Assembly (NCBI GenBank): GCA_017881185.1
Contig: JADGRE010000001.1
Location: 9,286 to 73,285 of the forward strand
DNA: 64,000 bases
Direction of reading: 5' to 3'
Source of the DNA: Pseudomonadota bacterium
Lineage (GTDB): Bacteria; Myxococcota_A; Polyangia; Polyangiales; JAFGIB01
Shown here: positions 41,163 through 50,493 of the stretch, one piece after another
Numbering within the stretch: the first letter of the stretch is position 1
Layout of the letters: the number at the start of each line of letters is the position of its first letter
Made by a program: the position numbers and the translations under genes
Notes under the pieces: generated by a model
What the model was told of the DNA's origin: nothing
Seen by the model: the letters and a program-made list of their open reading frames with translations, nothing else
Databases searched by the model: none

Positions 41163-42713
41163 ATGCTGCTTGTCTTGTTGCTCTTGCTCTGCTGCATGAG
41201 TGCCAGCCCTGCGCTGGCACAAGGCACACCCGCGACCGAACCGACCGCCGCCGAGCTGGCCAAGGACTCGGCGATCTCGAGCCTCGGCGCGGAGACCACC
41301 CGCGACGACAGCAGCTCGCCGGGCTCGAAGCTGCTCTACGACCTGCGCTTGCGCACCGCGGCCACGGCCATCGGCAACGACCCTGAGACCTTGCTCGGCT
41401 ACGATGTCATCCAGCGACCACTGCTGGGGCCACTGATCTACTGGCACACGCCCGAGCTGCTGCGGCCGCGCGCGCCACGCGCGTATCCTTCGGTGATGGT
41501 GTCCGCAAGCGCCGAGTGGGAGGTGACCGACTATCTGTTGCTGCGCGGCCTCATCGACACGGGCGAGATGCGCGACGGTGCGACGCTCGAGCCGGCCGTA
41601 CACGGCTTCACGATGAACGGCAGCCCTGGGGCGCACGAGCTGGAGAGCCTGGCCGTGGTGCGCGAGCTGTCGGCAACGCTCGGCAAACCGGCAGTCAACC
41701 TGGAAGTGGGCCGCTTCCGCGCCACTTTGGCCGATGGGCTCGTTTACGACGACTTCGGCAGCGGGGCACGCGTGGGCGTGGACTTCCAGGAGCTGAAGGT
41801 GGCGCCGCTGCGCGTCGATCTGACCGCCTCCACGGTGGGGCAGCGCGTGAAGAACGTGGAGAGCAATCCCATGCTCGTGCTGCGTGCGCAGTACGACCCT
41901 TCGCTCCTGGACAGCGTGGGCTTCTTCGTGGCGGGCGCGCGCGATCATAACGGTGCGTTGTCGGACGTGCTGCGCTCGTCGATGGCCGAGCGCGTGCTCG
42001 ATTCGCCCGAGCGCCTGCACGCGCTGTTCTCCGAGGACCTCGGCCACGGCCAGCTCGGCTATGCGGGCATCGATGGCCAATTCGTGCTCGCGAAAGCGCT
42101 CTTGCTGCGCGCAGCCGCCGTGGTCTCCGGTGGACAGTTCACGCTGCAGGCGGCGAACCTCCAGAACCCGCTGCTGAACGATCAACTCGACGTGAAGGTG
42201 CGCGCGGCCGCCGCCGACGCCGAGCTGCACTACGGGCTCGGCCGACACCTGGATCTCGCGGGCTACGGCTTCGTGCTCTCCGGCGGTTCCCCACCCACGG
42301 GAAACGGCGACACCTACCACGCGTTCATCGGGCTAGCGCCGTACTGGGTGTGGACCGGCCTGTTCTTCTCGGGTGGGCTCAACCAGAGCTTGCTCGCCAA
42401 CCGCGCGGCCGCAGCGGGCATTCATGGCCACGGTGTTGCAGGCCTGGGCCCGGGTCTCGAGCTGCGCGACGGCAACAATATGTTGGAGCTGCGCGCCATC
42501 TGGTTGCAAGCGCTGGCCGCGCCTCCGGCTGCGCCCATCGGCGGCACCGGCAACTCCTACGGGCTCGAGGTCGACCTGCGCGGCCAGTGGAATGCCTGGC
42601 GCTGGCTGGGTGTCGGTCTCGAGCTCGATGTGCTCATTCCCGGCACCTACTTTCCGGAAGCGACGCTCGCGTATCGCGCGCTGTCGGTGCTGTCGGTGGC
42701 CTATGGCAACTGA
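41163..42713 (+). CDS. putative outer-membrane beta-barrel protein
   Basis: Signal peptide MLLVLLLLLCCMSASPALAQG, alternating-pattern strands and an aromatic C-terminal region. No family call. Confidence 0.65.
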   Translation: MLLVLLLLLCCMSASPALAQGTPATEPTAAELAKDSAISSLGAETTRDDSSSPGSKLLYDLRLRTAATAIGNDPETLLGYDVIQRPLLGPLIYWHTPELLRPRAPRAYPSVMVSASAEWEVTDYLLLRGLIDTGEMRDGATLEPAVHGFTMNGSPGAHELESLAVVRELSATLGKPAVNLEVGRFRATLADGLVYDDFGSGARVGVDFQELKVAPLRVDLTASTVGQRVKNVESNPMLVLRAQYDPSLLDSVGFFVAGARDHNGALSDVLRSSMAERVLDSPERLHALFSEDLGHGQLGYAGIDGQFVLAKALLLRAAAVVSGGQFTLQAANLQNPLLNDQLDVKVRAAAADAELHYGLGRHLDLAGYGFVLSGGSPPTGNGDTYHAFIGLAPYWVWTGLFFSGGLNQSLLANRAAAAGIHGHGVAGLGPGLELRDGNNMLELRAIWLQALAAPPAAPIGGTGNSYGLEVDLRGQWNAWRWLGVGLELDVLIPGTYFPEATLAYRALSVLSVAYGN

Positions 42714-43116
42714 GCGCTTGCGCGGCCTAGGCTGGAGTGCGGGCTGCGCGCTGTGGCTGCTGGGCGCGGCCCACGTGCACGCGCAGAGCACGCAGAGCGC
42801 TGCTCACGGTGCGGCACCGAAACCCGCCAACCTGCCCGCAGCCAACAGCAGCAGGGCGACGCCGCCGGCACAGGCCGCTGCAGCGCCCTCCCCCGCGAAC
42901 ACGCCCGCGGGGCCGCGACCCACGACTGCCCAACCGGCGAAACCCGCGCCGCTACCAAGCGCGATCGCGCCCGCCGCGCATGCTGCGCAACCCGTCGCGG
43001 CCTCAACCGCGCCGACCAAGCCGGCCACCAAGCCCGGCGACGAGGCCATCGTGCGCGACCTCGAGCTGCTGATGCTGCTCGAAATGCTCAAAGATTACGA
43101 GCTACTGGACGACTGA
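42703..43116 (+). CDS. small secreted Pro/Ala-rich protein with acidic C-terminal helix
   Basis: The ATG overlaps the upstream stop. Signal-like GCALWLLGAAHVHAQ. The C-terminus is IVRDLELLMLLEMLKDYELLDD. Confidence 0.55.
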   Translation: MATERLRGLGWSAGCALWLLGAAHVHAQSTQSAAHGAAPKPANLPAANSSRATPPAQAAAAPSPANTPAGPRPTTAQPAKPAPLPSAIAPAAHAAQPVAASTAPTKPATKPGDEAIVRDLELLMLLEMLKDYELLDD

Positions 43117-43166
43117 ACCCAAACCCAGAAAGCTAGCAACTAATTGGAGACTGAGCGGTTAGAAAC

Positions 43167-43760
43167 ATGCAGGAGCCAGGGCCGATGCACGATCCCGACG
43201 CGGCTCTCATGCTCGCCTTCGCCCGTGGCCAGGAGCAAGCGTTCGTGACTCTCTACCGCAGCTATCGCGATCGCATGGTGAGCTACTGCGCACGGCTGCT
43301 GCGCGACCGCGCGCAGGCCGAAGAAGCGGCGCAGGACGTGTTCCTGAAGCTCTACCGCGCGCGTGAGAGCTACCAGCCGCAGAGCCGTTTCTCGACCTTC
43401 CTCTACCGCATCGCGACCAACCACTGTTGGAACTTGCGCGCGCGGCTCGACAACAAGCTCGTGCAGCGCGACGGCACGACTCACGAACGCGCAGTCAGCC
43501 CCGGCCGCGATGCCCTCGCCGCGCTCGAGAACTCCGAGCTACACGACGCGCTCGCCGCAGCGCTCGATCAGCTGCCGGACAAGCAGCGCTCGGCGCTGGT
43601 GCTCGTTCACTACGAGGGCCTCAGCTACAAAGACACTGCCGGTGTGCTCGACACGAGCGAGGGCGCCGTGAAGTCGCTCATCCACCGCGCGCGCGAAACG
43701 TTGACGCGCGAGCTGGCCACGTTCGTGAGCGCCGAAGGCGAGGTGCAACATGCGGTGTGA
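43167..43760 (+). CDS. ECF-type RNA polymerase sigma factor
   Basis: Region 2 (AEEAAQDVFLKLYRARESYQPQSRFSTFLYRIATNHCWN) and region 4 (LVHYEGLSYKDTAGVLDTSEGAVKSLIHRAR). Confidence 0.9.
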   Translation: MQEPGPMHDPDAALMLAFARGQEQAFVTLYRSYRDRMVSYCARLLRDRAQAEEAAQDVFLKLYRARESYQPQSRFSTFLYRIATNHCWNLRARLDNKLVQRDGTTHERAVSPGRDALAALENSELHDALAAALDQLPDKQRSALVLVHYEGLSYKDTAGVLDTSEGAVKSLIHRARETLTRELATFVSAEGEVQHAV

Positions 43761-44274
43761 GGAGCTGCACGAAGCGCTCGTGCAAGCGCGCTACGGCGCG
43801 GCCGAAGAGAGCGCGGAACAAACCTCGCATCTGGCGAGCTGCGGCGAATGTCGCGCGTTTGCGAGCGAGCAGACCAAGCTCGACAGCGTGCTCGCGCACA
43901 GCGAGAGCATGAGCGCGGGTCCGGGCTTCGACACGCGCTTCTTCGCGCGGCTGCAGGCCGAGCAGGCCTCGAATGCGCGCGCTGGGCGGGCAGCGCGCTC
44001 GCGCCGCAGCTGGTTGTGGTGGTCGCTCGTACCGACGCTGACGGCGGCGGCCGCGGCTGCGTTGATGCTGTGGCGCAAGCCCGAGACGCAGAGCGTGCCG
44101 CAGGAAGATCTGGCGCTGGCGACCGATCTCGAGCTGGTGCAGGAGCTGCCCGTGGTGGAGCATCTCGACGAGGCCGAGGCTCTCGAGGTGCTCGCCGAGC
44201 TCGATGTCGCAGAGCTGGACAAGCTCGCGCACGAGCAGCCTGTGGGCGATTCCGTGAAAGAGGCCAAGCCGTGA
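43750..44274 (+). CDS. anti-sigma factor (zf-HC2-like) with one TM helix
   Basis: The N-terminus C-x(24)-H-x3-C-x2-C (MRCEELH...HLASCGEC) fits the zf-HC2 pattern. TM helix WLWWSLVPTLTAAAAAALMLW. It overlaps the sigma gene. Confidence 0.8.
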   Translation: MRCEELHEALVQARYGAAEESAEQTSHLASCGECRAFASEQTKLDSVLAHSESMSAGPGFDTRFFARLQAEQASNARAGRAARSRRSWLWWSLVPTLTAAAAAALMLWRKPETQSVPQEDLALATDLELVQELPVVEHLDEAEALEVLAELDVAELDKLAHEQPVGDSVKEAKP

Positions 44275-44813
44275 AGCGCTGCCTCTTGCTCACGAGCTTG
44301 CTCTGCTGCGCGGTGGCGACGCCAGTGCTCGCGCAAGCTGCGCCGGGCCAAGCGCCCATGAGTGCACCCCTGAGCGCGCCGGTGAGCACAGCCGCTCAGG
44401 CGCGCTGGCAGAGCATGAGCGAGAGCGAGCGGGAGCGTGTGCGCGAGACCTACCGCGCATTCATGACGCTGTCGCCGGCCGAACGTCAGATGATCCGCGA
44501 GCGCTACCAGCATTTCCGCGCGCTGCCACCCGATCGACGACAGGCGCTGCGCGAACGTTATCGCGAGTTCCGTCAGCTGCCACCCAACGAGCGGCAGGCC
44601 GTGCGACAGAGCTTCGCGCGCTATCGCGGCTTTAGTCCCGAGCGCAAGCAGCAGATGCGCCACATGGTGAAGGAGATGGGGCGCATGAGCCCGCAGGCCC
44701 GTCAGGCGTTCCTGCAGAAGCTCGAGCGCTGGCAGTCCCTGAGCCCCGAGCAGCGCGACCGGGTACGCGCCCAGATCCGCGCGCGCATCCTGGAGCGGCG
44801 CGCCAAGCGTTGA
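44271..44813 (+). CDS. DUF3106-like periplasmic repeat protein
   Basis: GTGA overlap with the anti-sigma gene. Signal peptide, then repeated ERxxxRERYxxF(R)xLPPxxRQ units. Confidence 0.75.
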   Translation: MKRCLLLTSLLCCAVATPVLAQAAPGQAPMSAPLSAPVSTAAQARWQSMSESERERVRETYRAFMTLSPAERQMIRERYQHFRALPPDRRQALRERYREFRQLPPNERQAVRQSFARYRGFSPERKQQMRHMVKEMGRMSPQARQAFLQKLERWQSLSPEQRDRVRAQIRARILERRAKR

Positions 44814-44818
44814 GCGAG

Positions 44819-44982
44819 TAGTGCTCCGACCGAGGGGTTTTGATCGGTTATCGCGCAGGACTGGGCGCGCAGGGCAAGGCGCGACGAGGAGCAATAGCCG
44901 GCGCTACTGTGACGAGGAGCAACGCAGCCATGCGCGTTCGGGACCAGCGAGAAACGGTCAAAACCCCTCGGTCGGAGCACTA
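44819..44982. repeat. 164-nt element bounded by perfect 25-bp terminal inverted repeats (MITE-like or long structured RNA)
   Basis: TAGTGCTCCGACCGAGGGGTTTTGA at 44819-44843 is the exact reverse complement of 44958-44982. There is an internal 12-nt direct repeat GACGAGGAGCAA at 44883 and 44911. Confidence 0.7.
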
Positions 44983-45038
44983 GACCGAGTCCGCGGCACG
45001 CGCGTCGGTATCGGCACCCTCCAACAAGGACCGTTGCG

Positions 45039-45977
45039 ATGCGTAAACCTGGTCTTGGCGTACTGCTCTGCGCGCTGTCGGCGTTTTCGTTGTTTTCGTG
45101 GGCACAAGAGCCCAGCGTGGCGCTGGCTCACCCCTTCGGACCCAACGTTCCCTACACGGTCAGCGTGACCGACGACTCGGGGAACACCTTGCGCACCTTC
45201 CACAAGGGCGGCCACACCTACGTGCTCGGCAGCTACGGCCAGCGCTACAACATCAAGATTCACAACCAGACCGGGCAACGCGTCGAAGCCGTGATCAGTG
45301 TTGACGGTCGCGATGTGGTCAGCGGGCGCATCGGTGACTTCGTGAACGAGCGCGGCTACCTGATCGACGCGTACGCAACCCTGGACGTGCAAGGCTTTCG
45401 TCGCAGCCAGGACGAGATCGCCGCGTTCCGGTTCACGAGCCCAGCTGACAGCTACTCGGCGCGCATGGGCACACCGCAGAACGTCGGAGTGATCGGCGTC
45501 GCGTTCTTCCCCGAGCGCCAGCGCCCGCCCCACCCACGACCCGTGCTGGTACGACCGGAACCGCGCGACTACGAAGGCGCACGCAACGCGCCGCGTAGCG
45601 GTGATGGACGCGGTGCAGGCCTCGGCAGCGCCGGCGGGATGCGTGCCGAGCGCTCGGCGCAGCCAGCACCGGCCAGCGCCGCGCCGGAAGCGAGCAGCAG
45701 TGCCGACGACAAGAGCGACAACGCCTTCGCCGGGGCAGACGAGAGCCCGCGCAAGCGCAACCTCGGAACCCAATACGGTGAGACTCAGGAAAGCCACGTC
45801 GAGGAAGTGGAATTCCACCGGGCCGACGCCACTCACCCGGCGCAGCTGATCGCGCTGCACTACGACGACGAACGTGGTCTCTTGGCGCGGGGCATTCGCG
45901 TCCACGAACCGCCGGTGATGAGCTGCGACGAACCCAGCCCGTTTCCGCGCAACCGCTTCGCGCCGCCACCGCCATGA
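45039..45977 (+). CDS. secreted hypothetical protein
   Basis: Signal peptide MRKPGLGVLLCALSAFSLFSWAQE. 312 aa, coding bias, no family recognised. Confidence 0.7.
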   Translation: MRKPGLGVLLCALSAFSLFSWAQEPSVALAHPFGPNVPYTVSVTDDSGNTLRTFHKGGHTYVLGSYGQRYNIKIHNQTGQRVEAVISVDGRDVVSGRIGDFVNERGYLIDAYATLDVQGFRRSQDEIAAFRFTSPADSYSARMGTPQNVGVIGVAFFPERQRPPHPRPVLVRPEPRDYEGARNAPRSGDGRGAGLGSAGGMRAERSAQPAPASAAPEASSSADDKSDNAFAGADESPRKRNLGTQYGETQESHVEEVEFHRADATHPAQLIALHYDDERGLLARGIRVHEPPVMSCDEPSPFPRNRFAPPPP

Positions 45978-46148
45978 GCCTCGCGCTTGTGACACCCGTG
46001 GTTCTTTGAACGCCAACCTCAAGCCCGCCACTTCGCCAGAAGCAGCGCTGCAGCTCGCGTAGGGCTTGGATCGCGCGGGTATCGAGAAACTCAGCGCGAG
46101 CGGCGCCGCAGCGTCGCAATCGCCCTGGGCCGAAGCAGCGCTCGCCGT

Positions 46149-46802
46149 TTAGAAGCGCGCCAGCCAGGCGCCCACGTGGGTGGCCACGAGCTTGTCGATT
46201 TCGCTGCCACCACCGAAGTGGAAGAAGTGATCGGTGTCTTTGATCAGCTCGAGCGCGCAGTCGGGCCTGGCTGCCAGCAGTGGCTGCAGTTGCCCCAGGG
46301 GGGCGTACTCGTCGTCGTCCCCGACCACCACGAGCACAGGCCCAGCGAACGCGGCCAGATCCTCGGTGCGCAACATTCCGACCGGTGGTGCCAGGAGCAC
46401 CACGCCAGCGACCCGCGCATCGCTGCCCGCCGCGAGCAGCGCAGCGCCGGCGCCAAACGAGTAGCCAGCTGCCAGGTACGGGCCGCGCGCCTGGCTCGTC
46501 AGGTGCTCGAGCGCCGCATGGTAGTCGTCGACCGCGGCGCCAAGCTGTTCGGTGGCTTGACCCTCACTGCCCTCGACTCCGCGGAAGTTGAACGCCAGCG
46601 TCGCCAAACCCGCGTGATGCAACCCACGCACGCAGGCCGCAACGACCGGGTTGTCGATGGTTCCGCCGTATAGTGGATGGGGCGGTGCAACCACGGCGGC
46701 GCCGCGCTCGCCTGCGGCGAAACGGGCTTGCAGGCGCAGGGTCGCAGCGCTGGACGCATCGTGCACCGAGACCACGGCGGGCTGCGTTCGGACGGCTTGC
46801 AT
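46149..46802 (-). CDS. alpha/beta hydrolase (COG2945-like)
   Basis: PHPLYGGTIDNPVV and the nucleophile elbow GYSFGAG. Confidence 0.8.
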   Translation of the reverse strand: MQAVRTQPAVVSVHDASSAATLRLQARFAAGERGAAVVAPPHPLYGGTIDNPVVAACVRGLHHAGLATLAFNFRGVEGSEGQATEQLGAAVDDYHAALEHLTSQARGPYLAAGYSFGAGAALLAAGSDARVAGVVLLAPPVGMLRTEDLAAFAGPVLVVVGDDDEYAPLGQLQPLLAARPDCALELIKDTDHFFHFGGGSEIDKLVATHVGAWLARF

Positions 46803-46845
46803 CAGGTCGACCTCGCGGCGCTTGGACGCCAGAGCGGCTGGGGGT

Positions 46846-48231
46846 TCACTGTTCTTTGACGACCGATGCTAGCGCTGCCACCGGTGACGGCGCGGTGGCG
46901 GGCGCAGCTGCTGCTGACGGCTGCAGCGCGAGCGCGCGGTGCGCCAGCGCGTAGCCCACGTTCGCCGGCAAGATCAGCGTCATCGGCAAGATCGTGTCTT
47001 GGTCGAAGCTCGGCAACAGCTTGAGCACGACCAGCGCGCAGGAGCTGGCGGCGAGCACGTAGAACAGGTAGCGACACCAACGCAGCGCAGCGCGCGAGCC
47101 GAACGCGATGGCGATACCTAACGGCAGCATGAGGAAAGTGAGCGGGTTGGCCAGCAGCTGGTTCTCGTTGCGGTAAGTCACGGTGTGCTCGGTGAGCGTC
47201 CACATCAGGAAGCCGAGCAAGCCCGGCAGGCCGAACAAGAGCCCGATCAGCGCATGCTGGGCACCAAAGAAGCGTCGTGGCAGCGAACCGCGCGCGCGCA
47301 GCATCCAGCGCGAGGTGAGCCACGCCAGCCCGGCCAGGCCCACGCCGATGAGCAGCGTGAAGGGCCAGGTGACCTGCGGCCGCTCTGGTGTGGCTGCGCG
47401 GTGCGCGCGGTACACCGTGTAGGCGCTGGCGACCAAGGGCACGCGCTGACCTTGCGCGTTCGTGAACTGCATACGCGCGACCTGGCGCTCCAACTCTTCC
47501 GGCAGGAAGAGCTCGTCCCACTGCTTGATCGGCGCCTCCATTTGGTCGTTCATCCAGAACACCAGCACCATGTCGATGAACGGGTCTTGCTGCGCGTAGC
47601 GGCGCGTGTGCTCGCGGTAGCTCATGCGGGCAGGCTGCGCGAGCGCGAGCTTGAACTGGCCGCCGAGCGCCTGGTCGACTAGATCGCGCAGCTTGGTGGA
47701 GCAGTTGTTGAAGTAGTGGTGGTAGAGGTAGTCGCGGTTGCTCGGCAAGACCGCCGTCTGTAGCGCTCGCGCGAGCAGCACGCGCTGCTCGGGCGCGAGG
47801 TTGAGCACCTGCACACGCACCGAGCGATTCATCTGTTCGTAGAACGCGAAGGTCTCGTGGACCGGGGCCTCGCCCACCCAGAACGTGAGCCGACCCTTCA
47901 TGTAGTTCGGCAACATGTCGAAGCCGAAGTGGAACATGCCATAGTTGTAGAGCCGAGCCGTGCCCTGCAACCGGTCTTGCACCACCATCGCGTTGTGGCC
48001 GAAGTAGTTGTAGACATCGTCGCCGGGACCGAAGGTCACGAGCTTGATGACCAGGTCTTCGCCGCGTGAGGCGCTCCAGGGAAGCTCGTCTCGCTGGGCG
48101 TGCACCGGCGTGGCCGCGAGCGAACCCAGCAGCGCCGAGCCGAGCAGGCATGCCACAGAGAACGCGACACTCAACGGCAAGCGCCGGCTGCGGGAATGCG
48201 GGCGGGCGGCAGACCGTGACGACACTTGCAT
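46846..48231 (-). CDS. DUF4105-like periplasmic domain protein with C-terminal multi-TM region
   Basis: Signal peptide, then VTFGPGDDVYNYFGHNAMVV (Lnb/DUF4105-like), then 4-5 hydrophobic helices. ATG 48231 is preferred to the track start at 48447. Confidence 0.75.
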   Translation of the reverse strand: MQVSSRSAARPHSRSRRLPLSVAFSVACLLGSALLGSLAATPVHAQRDELPWSASRGEDLVIKLVTFGPGDDVYNYFGHNAMVVQDRLQGTARLYNYGMFHFGFDMLPNYMKGRLTFWVGEAPVHETFAFYEQMNRSVRVQVLNLAPEQRVLLARALQTAVLPSNRDYLYHHYFNNCSTKLRDLVDQALGGQFKLALAQPARMSYREHTRRYAQQDPFIDMVLVFWMNDQMEAPIKQWDELFLPEELERQVARMQFTNAQGQRVPLVASAYTVYRAHRAATPERPQVTWPFTLLIGVGLAGLAWLTSRWMLRARGSLPRRFFGAQHALIGLLFGLPGLLGFLMWTLTEHTVTYRNENQLLANPLTFLMLPLGIAIAFGSRAALRWCRYLFYVLAASSCALVVLKLLPSFDQDTILPMTLILPANVGYALAHRALALQPSAAAAPATAPSPVAALASVVKEQ

Positions 48232-48254
48232 GCGTGAGCGGGACACGAGCTGGC

Positions 48255-48809
48255 ATGTACCACAGGACGCGGCCCTTGACCGCCGTGGCCTGCGGCGCGC
48301 TGCTGGTTTTGGCGTGGCAAGGTGCGGCGAGCACGGCGGGTGCACAGGTGCCGGGGCCGCGCACCACGATCGACTGGCAGGCCGGTGGCAGCTGCCCCGA
48401 TGGCGCGGCATTGCGCGCCCAACTGGAGCAGCGCTTGGGCCGGCCACTATCGGCCACCGCCCGCCATGAGATCGAGGTGCACGGCAGCGTGTCGACCGGC
48501 GACAGCGGCGGGGCCACGCTCACGCTGACCACCAAGATCGACGGGCAGATCGGCTCGCGCGAGTTACAGGCCACGGACTGCAATGCGTTGACGCAGGCCG
48601 CGGCGTTGATCCTCGCGCTCAGCATCGATCCCGAGTTGCCGAGCGCTGGAGCTGCCGGCGCGTCCATGCGTGACAAGCCAGCCCTGCCCCCGGAACGCCC
48701 CGCCACGCATGACCCTGTCTGCCGTTGGACCTTGTCGCAGTGCGGGCCCCGGGTGATCTCGCCCCCGCAGGCCTGCACCCAAGGCGACGACGGCGGCTGC
48801 ATGCACTGA
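48255..48809 (+). CDS. secreted hypothetical protein
   Basis: ATG 48255 and signal-like LTAVACGALLVLAWQGAAS. 184 aa. It is followed by an intrinsic terminator. Confidence 0.5.
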   Translation: MYHRTRPLTAVACGALLVLAWQGAASTAGAQVPGPRTTIDWQAGGSCPDGAALRAQLEQRLGRPLSATARHEIEVHGSVSTGDSGGATLTLTTKIDGQIGSRELQATDCNALTQAAALILALSIDPELPSAGAAGASMRDKPALPPERPATHDPVCRWTLSQCGPRVISPPQACTQGDDGGCMH

Positions 48810-48822
48810 GAACGACCAGAAC

Positions 48823-48861
48823 CTGGACAAAAAGCCACGATTGGCTTGCCCAGCTTTTTTT
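48823..48861 (+). terminator. rho-independent terminator
   Basis: CTGG..AAGCCA-cgat-TGGCTT..CCAG stem followed by C and T7 (48855-48861), 14 nt after the stop at 48809. It is followed by an unusually AT-rich spacer. Confidence 0.55.
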
Positions 48862-48947
48862 CGTTCTCCATATAGTCACGTACACTCGCTGGACTCCACG
48901 CGCGCCGCTGCCGACCCACCGGGATCGCAAGCGTCTGCTTCGAGTCT

Positions 48948-50396
48948 TTGTTCGTGTCCGGCATGCCCCCAAACCTCATGAGCGACGAACCCACACGCAA
49001 AGACGGACGCACGCTGACCGGCCAGGGCACGCACCCACCGGCGGCGCCACCGCCCAAGACGGGCGGAACGCTGCGCCCGCCCGGTGTGCCGAGCGAGCCG
49101 AAGCCGCACGCGCGCACCATGCTCGGCATGCCCCAGGGGCCTGCAGCCCAGGTAGCGAGCCCGACCAATACGCAACGGCCAGCGGCTGCGCCCAGCGGGG
49201 CATTCGCCAACAGCGGGCGCACTCTGCCCCCGCAGCCGCAGCCGAGCGCGCCGGCCCAAGCCCTCACCCGTCGCGAACGCGACGCCACACTGCGTAGCGC
49301 GGCGCCGCCGCCGCCGACAGCTGCAGACGGCCCGGCGCCCTTCAGCACGACGCCCAGCGCACGCCCGCCAGCGGCGGCAGCGACGCGCCGCATGACCCCG
49401 GCACAACCTCACACCGTGCCCGCTCCGGGCGCGCCGCAACCGAAAGACAAGTGGTTGCCGGAGCCGCTCATGCCCGAGCTGCCGATGGCGATCCCGGCGG
49501 CGCAGGCCGTGGCTCAGGACGCCGCGCCGCGCAATCAACAACCGGCCGCCAAGGCGGCACCCACTGCCGCGCCGATGCCAGCACCCGCTCCTGCACCAGT
49601 GCCTGCCCCGACCAGCACAGCGTCACCGTACGCGGCTACGCAAGCCGCGCTGCCGCGCGCGAGCGGTCGAGCGCCTGCACTGAACCCCGGCGCCGCGCCG
49701 CTCAAGCTCAAGCTGCAGATCGACGAGCACGATGCCGTCGATGGCAGCATCCGACCGGAGCGCGACCTGCCGAAGTCGCGTGCGCCGAAGGTTGTTAGCG
49801 TGGTGGTGGCGCTGCTCGTGCTCGGTGGTGCGGGCTGGGCGTGGCTCGGCAGCCGCGGCGGCAACGCGACGGCGCCCCAAGCGGCGACCACACCGGGTGC
49901 CAGCACTGACCTGCGCAATGGCGAAGGCGTGGTGGTGCAGCCGACGGCGGCCGCTGCGACACAGCCTGCTGCGAGCCCCACCCAAGCCCCGAGCGCCGCA
50001 CCGGCAGCACAGCCCGGTGCCGCGCCGAGCCCTGCGGCAGTTGCAGCGCCGAGTCAACCGCCGCCAACAGCGGCAGTGGCTGTCGCTCCGGCACCTGCCG
50101 CAGCGCCAGTGCAGCCGCCAGCCGCGCCCGAGGCGCGCAGCCCCAAGCGCAGTCCGAGCAGCGCGCCTGCAGCGCCCGCGCTGGCGAAGCCCGCTCAACC
50201 GGTGTTGAAGATCGCTCCGCAGCGTGCACCTTCCACTCGCGCACAAGCGAGCGATGTCGTCGCTGCACCGCCACCCGAGCCAGGCGACCAACCCGTGCTG
50301 CGCGTGGCACCTGCCGAACCGCCGGCACCTGCAGACCAGCCCGTGGTCGACGTCAAGCCGGCCCCCGCACCGCCTGCACCCGACGAACCACGCTGA
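48948..50396 (+). CDS. Pro/Ala-rich single-pass membrane protein
   Basis: TM helix VVSVVVALLVLGGAGWAWLG flanked by low-complexity P/A-rich regions. The start is ambiguous (TTG 48948, ATG 48963 or 48978). Confidence 0.55.
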   Translation: MFVSGMPPNLMSDEPTRKDGRTLTGQGTHPPAAPPPKTGGTLRPPGVPSEPKPHARTMLGMPQGPAAQVASPTNTQRPAAAPSGAFANSGRTLPPQPQPSAPAQALTRRERDATLRSAAPPPPTAADGPAPFSTTPSARPPAAAATRRMTPAQPHTVPAPGAPQPKDKWLPEPLMPELPMAIPAAQAVAQDAAPRNQQPAAKAAPTAAPMPAPAPAPVPAPTSTASPYAATQAALPRASGRAPALNPGAAPLKLKLQIDEHDAVDGSIRPERDLPKSRAPKVVSVVVALLVLGGAGWAWLGSRGGNATAPQAATTPGASTDLRNGEGVVVQPTAAAATQPAASPTQAPSAAPAAQPGAAPSPAAVAAPSQPPPTAAVAVAPAPAAAPVQPPAAPEARSPKRSPSSAPAAPALAKPAQPVLKIAPQRAPSTRAQASDVVAAPPPEPGDQPVLRVAPAEPPAPADQPVVDVKPAPAPPAPDEPR

Positions 50397-50493
50397 AGCG
50401 CCGAGCGCTGCCGCAGCACTTTCGTGCAGCAGCCACGCAACTGAACGAAGCGCAGGTCGATGACCATGCACAACGCGCGAGCTCGCGCACTGC

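Noticed and set aside
44930-44983. 17-codon micro-ORF (MRVRDQRETVKTPRSEH) with GAGGAG 10 nt upstream, inside the inverted-repeat element
   Set aside because: It is very short and half of it lies in the stem-forming arm. No evidence goes beyond an ATG and an SD-like hexamer that is itself part of a direct repeat.
46802-49393. 863-aa minus-strand ORF spanning several genes
   Set aside because: It is Arg/Ala/Gly-rich with low-complexity composition. It overlaps better-supported genes: the DUF4105 protein in another frame and two plus-strand genes. This is a typical antisense or off-frame shadow in high-GC DNA.
50414-50427. Sigma-54-like promoter upstream of flp (CAGCAC-N5-TGC)
   Set aside because: The spacing fits, but the critical -24 GG is AG. 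One mismatch in the invariant dinucleotide makes this too weak to call without experimental data.
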